Below, in pieces: positions 7,763-14,384 of a stretch of 24,833 bases of DNA (positions are counted from its first letter, which is position 1; each line of letters begins with the position of its first letter). The position numbers were made by a program, and so were the translations under genes. The stretch lies in IMG/VR virus record IMGVR_UViG_3300048574_000181, positions 1-24,833 of that record; one strand, written 5' to 3'. The notes beneath the pieces were generated by a model, which saw nothing but the letters and a program-made list of their open reading frames with translations, made no database searches and was not told where the DNA came from. Origin of the DNA: a virus (taxonomy: Duplodnaviria; Caudoviricetes).

Positions 7763-7830
7763 GCGCCCGGGAGGTCATTACCCCTCCGCAGTCACATGGA
7801 CTGGCTGAACGTTTTGCTCGGGCGCATCCA
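7763..7830 (+). ncRNA. Putative multi-stem structured RNA immediately downstream of muF (not a canonical tRNA)
   Basis: Closing stem GCGCCCG (7763-69)/CGGGCGC (7819-25). Hairpins GGAGG (7770-74)/CCTCC (7783-87) and CAGTC (7789-93)/GACTG (7799-7803), plus a weak third arm (7804-17). Ends in ATCCA. Confidence 0.5.
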
Positions 7831-7915
7831 GAAGGTATGCCTCGCCGAGACCGAAATCAAGCGCCAGGTTCCAAGCCGACCGCCCGGCGGCTGCGGCAAG
7901 GCGTCTGGGAGCGCC

Positions 7916-7931
7916 GTTAAACGGTAGTTAA
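7916..7931 (-). promoter_or_regulatory. CtrA-type box TTAA-N7-TTAAC
   Basis: Plus strand GTTAAACGGTAGTTAA; its reverse complement TTAA-CTACCGT-TTAAC equals the alphaproteobacterial CtrA consensus. Intergenic, in DNA where TTAA is rare. Confidence 0.5.
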
Positions 7932-8039
7932 AGGCCCTTGTCGGGCTGGGGGGCTACCTACTACGCTGCGACACGGGAAGGCCGCTCTACGGGCCTCCCA
8001 GGGTGCGTCGCGGTTTTCTGCCGGTGAGGCCCTCCCGGC

Positions 8040-8093
8040 CCCTGAAAGTCTTCAAGGCCGATTTGCCCGCACCCATCCGCCATTGTCGGCGCC
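8040..8093 (+). promoter_or_regulatory. Putative late promoter 2 (activator dyad plus -10 element) upstream of the protease/capsid operon
   Basis: CCCTGAAAGTCTTCAAGGCCGATTT (8040-8064) is a near-identical copy of 126-150. CATTGT (8081-8086) is followed by 7 nt and then the ATG at 8094. Positionally equivalent to Mu P(I). Confidence 0.72.
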
Positions 8094-9059
8094 ATGGTGA
8101 CGACGGTTCTCAATCAGCTTCAGGGCCTGGCCCTCAATTTCCAGTCCGGCGCGGCGCCGGGCTGGGTTCAGCTCATCCCGCCGGGGCCGGTCGTCGCCGG
8201 TCGCGACGGGCGGCGCTGGACCATGGTCGATCCGGCGGAAATCGTGGCGGCGTTCGATCCACGCAAGAAGCCCATGATCGACATCGAGCATTCCTCGCAG
8301 CTGAAGGCGCCGCAGGGTGAGCCTGCGCCCGCCGTTGGCTGGATCGAGGAGATGGAGGTCCGCGACGGATCCATATGGGGTCGCGTCGACTGGACGGCGG
8401 ACGGCGAAGCGGCCGTCACCTCGCGCGCCTACCGCTACCTGAGCCCGGCCTTTGCGTTCGACGCGGCGACCGGCGGGATCCTCCGGATCGTATCGGCCGG
8501 GCTCACCAACAACCCAAACCTCGACATGGCCGCACTGAACCGCGCCGCGTCGTCACAGGAGACTGAGAAGATGGACAAGGCAGTCCTTGAGGCGCTCGGC
8601 CTCAATGCCGATGCCACGGCCGCCCAGGCCGTGATCGCGATCGAGAAGCTGAAGGGCGAGCGTGCCACGGCGCTCAACGCCTCGCAGCATCCCGATCCGG
8701 ATAAGTTCGTGCCGCGGGCCGACCATCAGCTTGCGCTGAACCGGATCGCCGACTTCGAGGTGCGGGAGAAGGCCGCGCGCGAAGCCGAGGTCGCGGCCGC
8801 CGTCGACGCCGCGATCGAGGCCGGCAAGGTCGCGCCAGCGTCGAAGGAGTACCACCTCGCGTCCTGCCGCGCCGAGGGTGGACTGGAACGCTTCCGCGCG
8901 ATGGTCGCGGCGAGCCCCGAGATCGCGGGCAACTCGCAACTCGACCGGAAGAAGCCGGCCGAAGGAGCAGGCGCGTTGACCGCCGATGAGTTGGCGGTCT
9001 GCCGCCAGATGGACATGGACCCCAAGGACTTCGCGGCGGCGAAGCCGAAACCGGAGTAA
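8094..9059 (+). CDS. Mu-like prohead protease I (with C-terminal scaffold region)
   Basis: WVQLIPPG..V.GRDGR.W, IDIEHS, APAVGWI, IWGRVDWT, YRYLSPAF, SAGLTNNPNL; C-terminal LTADELAVCRQM. Confidence 0.95.
   Translation: MVTTVLNQLQGLALNFQSGAAPGWVQLIPPGPVVAGRDGRRWTMVDPAEIVAAFDPRKKPMIDIEHSSQLKAPQGEPAPAVGWIEEMEVRDGSIWGRVDWTADGEAAVTSRAYRYLSPAFAFDAATGGILRIVSAGLTNNPNLDMAALNRAASSQETEKMDKAVLEALGLNADATAAQAVIAIEKLKGERATALNASQHPDPDKFVPRADHQLALNRIADFEVREKAAREAEVAAAVDAAIEAGKVAPASKEYHLASCRAEGGLERFRAMVAASPEIAGNSQLDRKKPAEGAGALTADELAVCRQMDMDPKDFAAAKPKPE
8571..9059 (+). CDS. Nested in-frame scaffolding protein (Mu gpZ-like), 162 aa
   Basis: Internal AGGAG (8557-8561) lies 9 nt before an in-frame ATG (MDKAVLEALGL), just after the protease domain. 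Mu I/Z has this arrangement. Confidence 0.7.
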   Translation: MDKAVLEALGLNADATAAQAVIAIEKLKGERATALNASQHPDPDKFVPRADHQLALNRIADFEVREKAAREAEVAAAVDAAIEAGKVAPASKEYHLASCRAEGGLERFRAMVAASPEIAGNSQLDRKKPAEGAGALTADELAVCRQMDMDPKDFAAAKPKPE

Positions 9060-9065
9060 TCGAGC

Positions 9066-9989
9066 ATGGCTCTCATCACCCCCGCCATTCTCTCGGCGCT
9101 CAACACGGCGCTGAGAAAGAACTTCAGGGACGGCTACGATGCGATGAAGGCGGAGGCCGTCTGGACCCGCATCGCGACGCTCGTGCCGTCGTCGACCGCG
9201 TCCAACACCTACGGCTGGCTGAAGGACTTTCCGGCGTTGCAGGAATGGATCGGCGACCGTGTCATCAAGGACATGGCGACCGCTGGCTACCAGATCCCCA
9301 ACAAGCTCTACGAGGCGACCGTCGGGGTCAAGCGGACGGACATCGAGGACGACCAGTTCGGTCACTATGCTCCGATCGCGCGGACGATGGGCGAGGAGGC
9401 CGCGCAGCATCCCGACCGGCTGATCGCCTCGCTTCTGACCGGCGGCACCGCAGCGCTCTGCTTCGACGGCCAGAACTTCTTCGACACCGACCATCCTGTC
9501 TACCCGAACCACGACGGCACTGGCGTGGCCGCCACCGTGTCAAACTACAACAACGGCGGCGGCGCCCCGGGGCCGGCCTGGTATCTGCTCGACACACGGA
9601 AGGCGATCCGCCCTTTCCTGTTCCAGGAGCGCACCAAGCCCGAGTTCGACAGCCTGACCGACGCTCGGGCGACCGACAGCGTGTTCATGAAGGACCAGTA
9701 CCTGCATGGCATCCGATACCGCTGCAACGCAGGCTATGCGTTCTGGCAGATGGCCTACTGCTCGAAGGCCGCGCTCGATGCAACGAACTACGCGGCGGCC
9801 AAACTCGCGATGCGCAAGTTCACCGCCGACGGCGGTCGGCCGCTCGGCATCCGTCCGAACGTCATCGTCGTGAGTTCCGACAACGAGGCGGCGGCGCGGG
9901 CGCTCTTCGAGGCGATGATGATCGGCGGGGGCAACTCGAACCCGAACTACAAGGATGTCGAGATCATCGTCAATCCGTGGCTGCCGTAA
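9066..9989 (+). CDS. Major capsid protein (Mu gpT family)
   Basis: IAT.VPSST.SNTYGWL..FP.L.EWIGDR, N..YE.TV.VKR.DIEDD..G.Y, CFDGQNFFDTDHPV, WYLLDT, FWQMAY, GRPLGIRP. Confidence 0.96.
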   Translation: MALITPAILSALNTALRKNFRDGYDAMKAEAVWTRIATLVPSSTASNTYGWLKDFPALQEWIGDRVIKDMATAGYQIPNKLYEATVGVKRTDIEDDQFGHYAPIARTMGEEAAQHPDRLIASLLTGGTAALCFDGQNFFDTDHPVYPNHDGTGVAATVSNYNNGGGAPGPAWYLLDTRKAIRPFLFQERTKPEFDSLTDARATDSVFMKDQYLHGIRYRCNAGYAFWQMAYCSKAALDATNYAAAKLAMRKFTADGGRPLGIRPNVIVVSSDNEAAARALFEAMMIGGGNSNPNYKDVEIIVNPWLP

Positions 9990-9992
9990 GAC

Positions 9993-10042
9993 GGATGGTT
10001 CCCAGAGGGGGCGGCCTGACCGCCCCCTTCGATGAACCATCC
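9993..10042 (+). other. Long two-tier hairpin directly after the capsid gene (RNA stability, processing or attenuation element)
   Basis: Outer stem GGATGGTTC (9993-10001)/GAACCATCC (10034-42); inner stem AGGGGGCGG (10006-14)/CCGCCCCCT (10020-28); 5-nt loop; no U-tract. Confidence 0.65.
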
Positions 10043-10056
10043 TTGAGGAGACTGGC

Positions 10057-10428
10057 ATGGACAACCTTGGTGAAGGCCGGCGGCTGCGTGTCTCGGCGAA
10101 GGCAGAGGGCGGGTTTTTCCGGCTGGGCCGGCACTGGCCGAAGGAGGGTGTGATCGTCGCGGCCTCGGCGATCGATGCAGCCGGCTGGGAGGTGCTCCGC
10201 GGCGAGTTGAACCTGCACGTCGATCCGGCGCCTGAGGAAGACGCGGTTCCTGACCCGGAGGTTCTGAAAGCCGCCGTGAGGGGCGTGCTGGCGAGCCTCG
10301 CGCCGGAGGACTTCGGCAAGGACGGCAAGCCGAAGGTTCCCGCCGTGCGCAAGGCCCTGCCCGACGCCAGGGGAGTGACGCCGGAGCTCGTGGCCGAGGT
10401 CTGGGCCGGGCTCAAGCCGGCCGACTGA
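10057..10428 (+). CDS. Mu gp35 / HI1506-like protein
   Basis: GAGGAG RBS. N-terminal LRVSAK..GFFRLGRHW...L.GE.NL.V resembles the FluMu/HI1506 N-domain; C-terminal DFGKDGKPKV. Position between gpT and gp36. Confidence 0.7.
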   Translation: MDNLGEGRRLRVSAKAEGGFFRLGRHWPKEGVIVAASAIDAAGWEVLRGELNLHVDPAPEEDAVPDPEVLKAAVRGVLASLAPEDFGKDGKPKVPAVRKALPDARGVTPELVAEVWAGLKPAD

Positions 10429-10430
10429 AT

Positions 10431-10518
10431 GCGAAGCCGGCAGACACCCCCCACCCCTGCCGCACCGGCCGGACGCGAACGTCGCAAGGGGGCGTGACAG
10501 GTCGGAGAGACGGCCACC
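10431..10518 (+). ncRNA. Putative structured intergenic RNA (hairpins plus possible pseudoknot)
   Basis: Pairings GGCAG (10439-43)/CTGCC (10457-61), GACG-cgaa-CGTC (10472-83) and GGTCG-gagaga-CGGCC (10500-15). The loop C-tract (10447-52) is complementary to GGGGG (10488-92). Confidence 0.45.
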
Positions 10519-10539
10519 AGGTTTCAACGGGACGGGCAA

Positions 10540-10983
10540 ATGGCCTACGCGACCCAGAGCGACATCACTGACCTCTACGGCCTGAACGCGCTTTATGTCG
10601 CGGACCGGGACGGGGACGGTGTGGCCGACGCGGCGGCGGTGGACCGGGCGCTCGCCTCGGCCTCGGCAGAGATCGACAGCTACCTTCTCGTCCGCTACAC
10701 CCTGCCCCTGCCGGACGTGCCGCAGATCCTCGTCCAGGCATGCGTCGACATCGCGGTCTACCGCCTGGCGCTTTCGCACGACGTGCTCTCGGAGGAGCAC
10801 CGGCGCCGCTACGAGGACGCGACCGCGCATCTGAAGAGGATCGCCAGGGGCGAGGCCGCGCTTCACCTGCCATCGGCCCCGCCGGTACTCGATCCGGATG
10901 GCAATCCGATCACCGGCGCAAAGCCGATCGTCGCCGGCGGCCCGCCGCGGCTTTTCTCCCGTGACCAGACGAGGGATCTCTGA
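10540..10983 (+). CDS. Head-tail adaptor, Mu gp36 / DUF1320
   Basis: MAYATQSDI, ALASASAEIDSYL..RY.LPL..VP.IL...CVDIA.YRL, RRYEDA...LKRIA.G, RLFSRD. Confidence 0.92.
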   Translation: MAYATQSDITDLYGLNALYVADRDGDGVADAAAVDRALASASAEIDSYLLVRYTLPLPDVPQILVQACVDIAVYRLALSHDVLSEEHRRRYEDATAHLKRIARGEAALHLPSAPPVLDPDGNPITGAKPIVAGGPPRLFSRDQTRDL

Positions 10984-11435
10984 TGTCCGGTGTGGCCGTC
11001 GAAGTGACGCTCGATGACGCCGATCTGCGCCAGGCGCTGAGCCGCCTGGCGGCGGCCGACCTCGACGAGATCGCCTTCGCCGCGGGGCAGATGGTAGAGG
11101 ACCAGACCCGTCGACGGATCGCGGACGAGAAGATCGGCCCGGATGGCCTGCCATGGGCAGCCTGGTCGCCGGACTATGCCGCGACGCGGTCGGCGAAACA
11201 CTCGCTGCTGATCGGCGAAGGCAATCCCGGCCTGCTCGAAAGCATCCAGAACTACACGGAGGGAGAGACGGTGCGTGTAGGCACCCCGCTCGTCTATGGC
11301 GCAATCCACCAGATGGGCGGTGCGGGCACCGGCAAGCCAGGCCTTCCGGCGCGTCCCTACCTCGGGCTTTCCGAGGCCAACCGGCAGGAGATCACCGAAC
11401 TCGTCACCGGCCTGGTCGAGGACATCCTGCAATGA
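10983..11435 (+). CDS. Virion morphogenesis / tail completion protein (Mu gpG, P2 gpS family)
   Basis: T.RRI..EK.GPDG.PW..WS, VGTPLVYGAIHQMGG, LPARPYLGLS. Confidence 0.9.
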   Translation: MSGVAVEVTLDDADLRQALSRLAAADLDEIAFAAGQMVEDQTRRRIADEKIGPDGLPWAAWSPDYAATRSAKHSLLIGEGNPGLLESIQNYTEGETVRVGTPLVYGAIHQMGGAGTGKPGLPARPYLGLSEANRQEITELVTGLVEDILQ

Positions 11436-11989
11436 GCGCCCCGCGCCCGGATCTTCTCTATGCGCTCCCCGGTCTCGTCGCGGCGAGCATCCTGACCGTG
11501 CTGCCGGGTCTGCGCTCTTGCAAGGGGATGGCCGGGCGGTTCGATGTCGAAGAGCTGAAGCGGCAGGGGCTCGCCGCGCCCGCCGTGCTCGTCTCGCGGA
11601 CAGGTACCCGGCAGGGCCCGGTACTTGCCGGCCCGTTCAAGACCTTCGAGGTCGAGATGGCGGCCTTCGTGGTGACGAAGGACGAACTCGGTCTCAGCCG
11701 AGACGAGGCCGCGGCGAACATTTGCGCCGCGCTGCTGATGCACATCCCCGAGAAGACCTGGGGACAGGTCGGGGTCGGCGCCGCCGCGGGCGTCCGCGAA
11801 CAGCCGCTGATCACCAGCGCGTCGCAGCGGCTCGCCGCCGCGCTCTGGGCCGTCACCTGGACGCAGCCGGTGTCGCTCGAAGGTCTCCCGATCGTTCCGG
11901 CAGTGCCGCTCTCGCTATACGTCGGGGCGGGCCTCAGCGACGGCGCCGGCGATCCCGCTGCCTACGAGCAGATAGGGGCAACGCCATGA
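11432..11989 (+). CDS. Putative tail terminator / Mu gp37-like protein, 185 aa
   Basis: ATG overlaps the gpG stop (ATGA). Motifs GRFDVEEL, APAVLV and LWAVTWTQ. Position between gpG and the baseplate spike. Confidence 0.65.
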   Translation: MSAPRPDLLYALPGLVAASILTVLPGLRSCKGMAGRFDVEELKRQGLAAPAVLVSRTGTRQGPVLAGPFKTFEVEMAAFVVTKDELGLSRDEAAANICAALLMHIPEKTWGQVGVGAAAGVREQPLITSASQRLAAALWAVTWTQPVSLEGLPIVPAVPLSLYVGAGLSDGAGDPAAYEQIGATP

Positions 11990-12417
11990 GCTATGCCGCC
12001 GCAGAAGCGGATCGTCGCGTTGCCAACCTCTTGCAGGTCGGGATAGTCACCTCGGTGAACGGCGCGAACGGAAAGGCCCGGGTTCGTGTCGGCGATCTCG
12101 ATCTGCCCGAAATCAACGTGGCGCAGTTTCGGGCCGGCGGCATGAGCCTGTGGTGGATGCCGCAGGTCGGCGAGCAGGTACTGGTGGCCTGTCCGTCCGG
12201 CGACGCCGCGCAGGGGATCGTGCTCGCCTCGATCTTCGCCGGCAACGCGCCCTCCGCCGACGCAGCCGTACCGATGATCGAACTTGCCGGCGGCACACTG
12301 AAGGTGAACGGGTCGATCGAACTCACCGGCGACGTGATCGCCCAGGGCGTCAGCCTCGTGACCCACACCCATGGCGGCGTCCAGCCGGGTGGCGGCAACA
12401 CGGGAGTGCCGAACTGA
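11986..12417 (+). CDS. gpV: Baseplate central spike (P2 gpV-like), 143 aa
   Basis: RRVANLLQVG.V, RAG....WWMPQVGEQVLV.CPSGD, and C-terminal GDVIA.GVSL.THTHGGV with the HxH metal-binding tip. Confidence 0.92.
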   Translation: MSYAAAEADRRVANLLQVGIVTSVNGANGKARVRVGDLDLPEINVAQFRAGGMSLWWMPQVGEQVLVACPSGDAAQGIVLASIFAGNAPSADAAVPMIELAGGTLKVNGSIELTGDVIAQGVSLVTHTHGGVQPGGGNTGVPN

Positions 12418-12596
12418 TGGCAGCATCGCAGGAGTTCCGTGTCGACTTCGACGGATGGGTCGCCGGTCGCCGTGTGCGGAAGGGCGAGATCGTCCGCCTG
12501 ACGGCTGCGGAGGCGCGCTACGAACCCATCGCCCCGGTCGTCTCTGCCACCGATCCGGAACCGGCGGCACGACCCAAGCGAAGGGCGAGGCAATGA
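12417..12596 (+). CDS. Hypothetical protein (59 aa)
   Basis: Coupled at both ends (TGATG and ATGA). Contains KGEIVRLTAAEARY and a basic tail. Confidence 0.7.
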   Translation: MAASQEFRVDFDGWVAGRRVRKGEIVRLTAAEARYEPIAPVVSATDPEPAARPKRRARQ

Positions 12597-12931
12597 TCGG
12601 GCTATCGCGGCAGACAGGGCTCCGCATCGAGGGCGACGCGCACCTTGCCCAATCCATCGTCGATATCCTGTCGACGCCGAAGGGGACCCGCGTCATGCGA
12701 CGCGATTACGGGTCCGACCTCCCACTGCTGATCGACCAGCCGATAAACGGCGAGACCATCATCGAGCTCTACCAGGCAACGGCAGAGGCTCTCGACCGCT
12801 GGGAGCCGCGCATCCGCCTCGCGCGTGTCGAGGTCGAGGAGGCCATCGCGGGCGGCGTGACGCTTCAGCTGACCTACGAGACCGACGACGGCACCGCCGG
12901 GATCAGGGCCGAACTGGGGGTCGCGGCATGA
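12593..12931 (+). CDS. gpW: Baseplate wedge protein (P2 gpW / T4 gp25 family), 112 aa
   Basis: HLAQSIVDILSTPKGTRVMRRDYGS.L..LID.P, ALDRWEPRI. Confidence 0.95.
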   Translation: MIGLSRQTGLRIEGDAHLAQSIVDILSTPKGTRVMRRDYGSDLPLLIDQPINGETIIELYQATAEALDRWEPRIRLARVEVEEAIAGGVTLQLTYETDDGTAGIRAELGVAA

Positions 12932-13818
12932 GCGGCTTCGATGCGATCGACCTGGCAAAGCTCCCCGCCCCCGCCGTCGTCGAGGCGCTGGACTACGAAG
13001 CCATTCTCGCGGAGATGAAGGCCGATCTCGTTTCCCGAGCGCCGGAACTTGCGGCGGTCCTGGCCCTCGAGAGCGAGCCGATGGTCAAGCTGCTTGAGGT
13101 TTGCGCCTGGCGCGAACTCCTGATCAGGGCCCGTGTGAACGACGCCGCCCGCGCGGTGATGCTGGCCACCGCGACGGGCGCCGATCTCGACAATCTCGCC
13201 GCCCTCTTCGGCGTGGAGCGCCTCATTGTCGATCCCGGCGATCCGCTCGCGACCCCGCCGGTGCCCGAGACGCGCGAGAGCGATGCCGTCTTCCGCGCGC
13301 GGGCGCAGCTCGCGCTCGAAGGCTTTTCCACCGCCGGGCCGGTGGGAGCCTACACGTTCCACGCACTGTCGGCGGACGCCATGGTCAAGGACGTCTACGT
13401 GGACAGCCCGAACCCTGGCGAGGTGCGGGTGACGGTCCTGTCGCATGAAGGCGACGGCACGCCGTCGGCTCCGGTGCTCGCTGCAGTGGCGGCGGCGCTG
13501 AACGCCCAGGACGTGCGGCCCCTATGCGATCTCGTTAACGTCCAGGCGGCGACGATCGTGACCTACACGCTCGACGCCGCGATCGAGGTCCTTGACGGCC
13601 CGGACCCGGCCCTAGTCCTCGCAGCCTCGCTGGCGGCCGTCACGGGCTATGTGGACGGCGCCCATGCACTCGGCCGAGACATCACGCTGTCCGGCCTTTA
13701 CGCCGCCCTTCATCAGCCGGGTGTTTCCCGCGTGACCCTGACGGCGCCCGCGGCAGAGGTCGCCGTGGCAGCAACCGAGGCGGCATTCTGCGCGAGCCTC
13801 GCCGTGGTGCTGGCATGA
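12928..13818 (+). CDS. gpJ: Baseplate wedge protein (P2 gpJ family)
   Basis: IDLAKLPAP.VVE.LDYE.IL, LESEP..KLLE, R.RVNDAARA.MLA.A.G.DLD, STAGP.GAY.FHA, VRPLCD.V. Confidence 0.95.
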   Translation: MSGFDAIDLAKLPAPAVVEALDYEAILAEMKADLVSRAPELAAVLALESEPMVKLLEVCAWRELLIRARVNDAARAVMLATATGADLDNLAALFGVERLIVDPGDPLATPPVPETRESDAVFRARAQLALEGFSTAGPVGAYTFHALSADAMVKDVYVDSPNPGEVRVTVLSHEGDGTPSAPVLAAVAAALNAQDVRPLCDLVNVQAATIVTYTLDAAIEVLDGPDPALVLAASLAAVTGYVDGAHALGRDITLSGLYAALHQPGVSRVTLTAPAAEVAVAATEAAFCASLAVVLA

Positions 13819-14384
13819 ACGCGGTCCTCACCATCCTGCCACCGACCTCGACCCCGGCCGAGGTCGCAATCGAGGCGGCGACGGCGCGGGTGGGTGCGGT
13901 GCCCGTTCCGGTCGGCGATCTCTGGAACCCTGCCGCCTGCCCGGTGGACATGCTGCCCTGGCTCGCCTGGGCGCTGTCGGTCGATGGTTGGAATGCCGAA
14001 TGGACCGAGGCCGAGAAACGCGCCGCCATTGCGGCCTCGATCGGTATTCATCGGCGCAAGGGCACAGTTGCGGCGATCCTCAAAGGAATTGAAGCCGCGG
14101 GCATCGCCGATGGCCGCCTCTTCGAGCGCTGGACGGCGAGCCGCCATGACGGTGCCTTCCTGGCCGACGGGTCCCGAACCCACGCTCCCTCCGATCACTG
14201 GGCCGAGTACAGGATCGAGATCGACCGGCCGATCTCGATCGCCCAGGCGGCGGCAGTGCGCAAGCTGCTTGGCAGGGTGGCGCCGGCCCGCTGCCACCTG
14301 AAGGCGATGACCTATCCGCAAGCCCAGAACCTCTACGACGCCTCGATCGTCTACGACGGCGTCTACAGCCACGGAGTTGCCTGA
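13815..14384 (+). CDS. gpI: Baseplate/tail protein (P2 gpI family)
   Basis: LWNP..CP...LPWLAWALSVD.W...W.E..KR, HRRKGT, WAEY, APARCHL. Confidence 0.93.
   Translation: MNAVLTILPPTSTPAEVAIEAATARVGAVPVPVGDLWNPAACPVDMLPWLAWALSVDGWNAEWTEAEKRAAIAASIGIHRRKGTVAAILKGIEAAGIADGRLFERWTASRHDGAFLADGSRTHAPSDHWAEYRIEIDRPISIAQAAAVRKLLGRVAPARCHLKAMTYPQAQNLYDASIVYDGVYSHGVA

Noticed and set aside
7763-7830. Canonical tRNA gene
   Set aside because: It has a 7-bp closing stem and a nearby CCA, but no TTCRA T-loop, no D-loop GG and no 7-nt anticodon loop, and CCA is offset by one base. Kept only as a structured-RNA candidate.
8003-8320. 105-aa ORF as a possible MuF immunity gene
   Set aside because: Starts 240 nt after muF, runs across the promoter motif and overlaps the protease gene out of frame; composition looks non-coding.
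9993-10042. Rho-independent terminator after gpT
   Set aside because: Strong stem but no following U-tract, and downstream genes have no evident promoter of their own.
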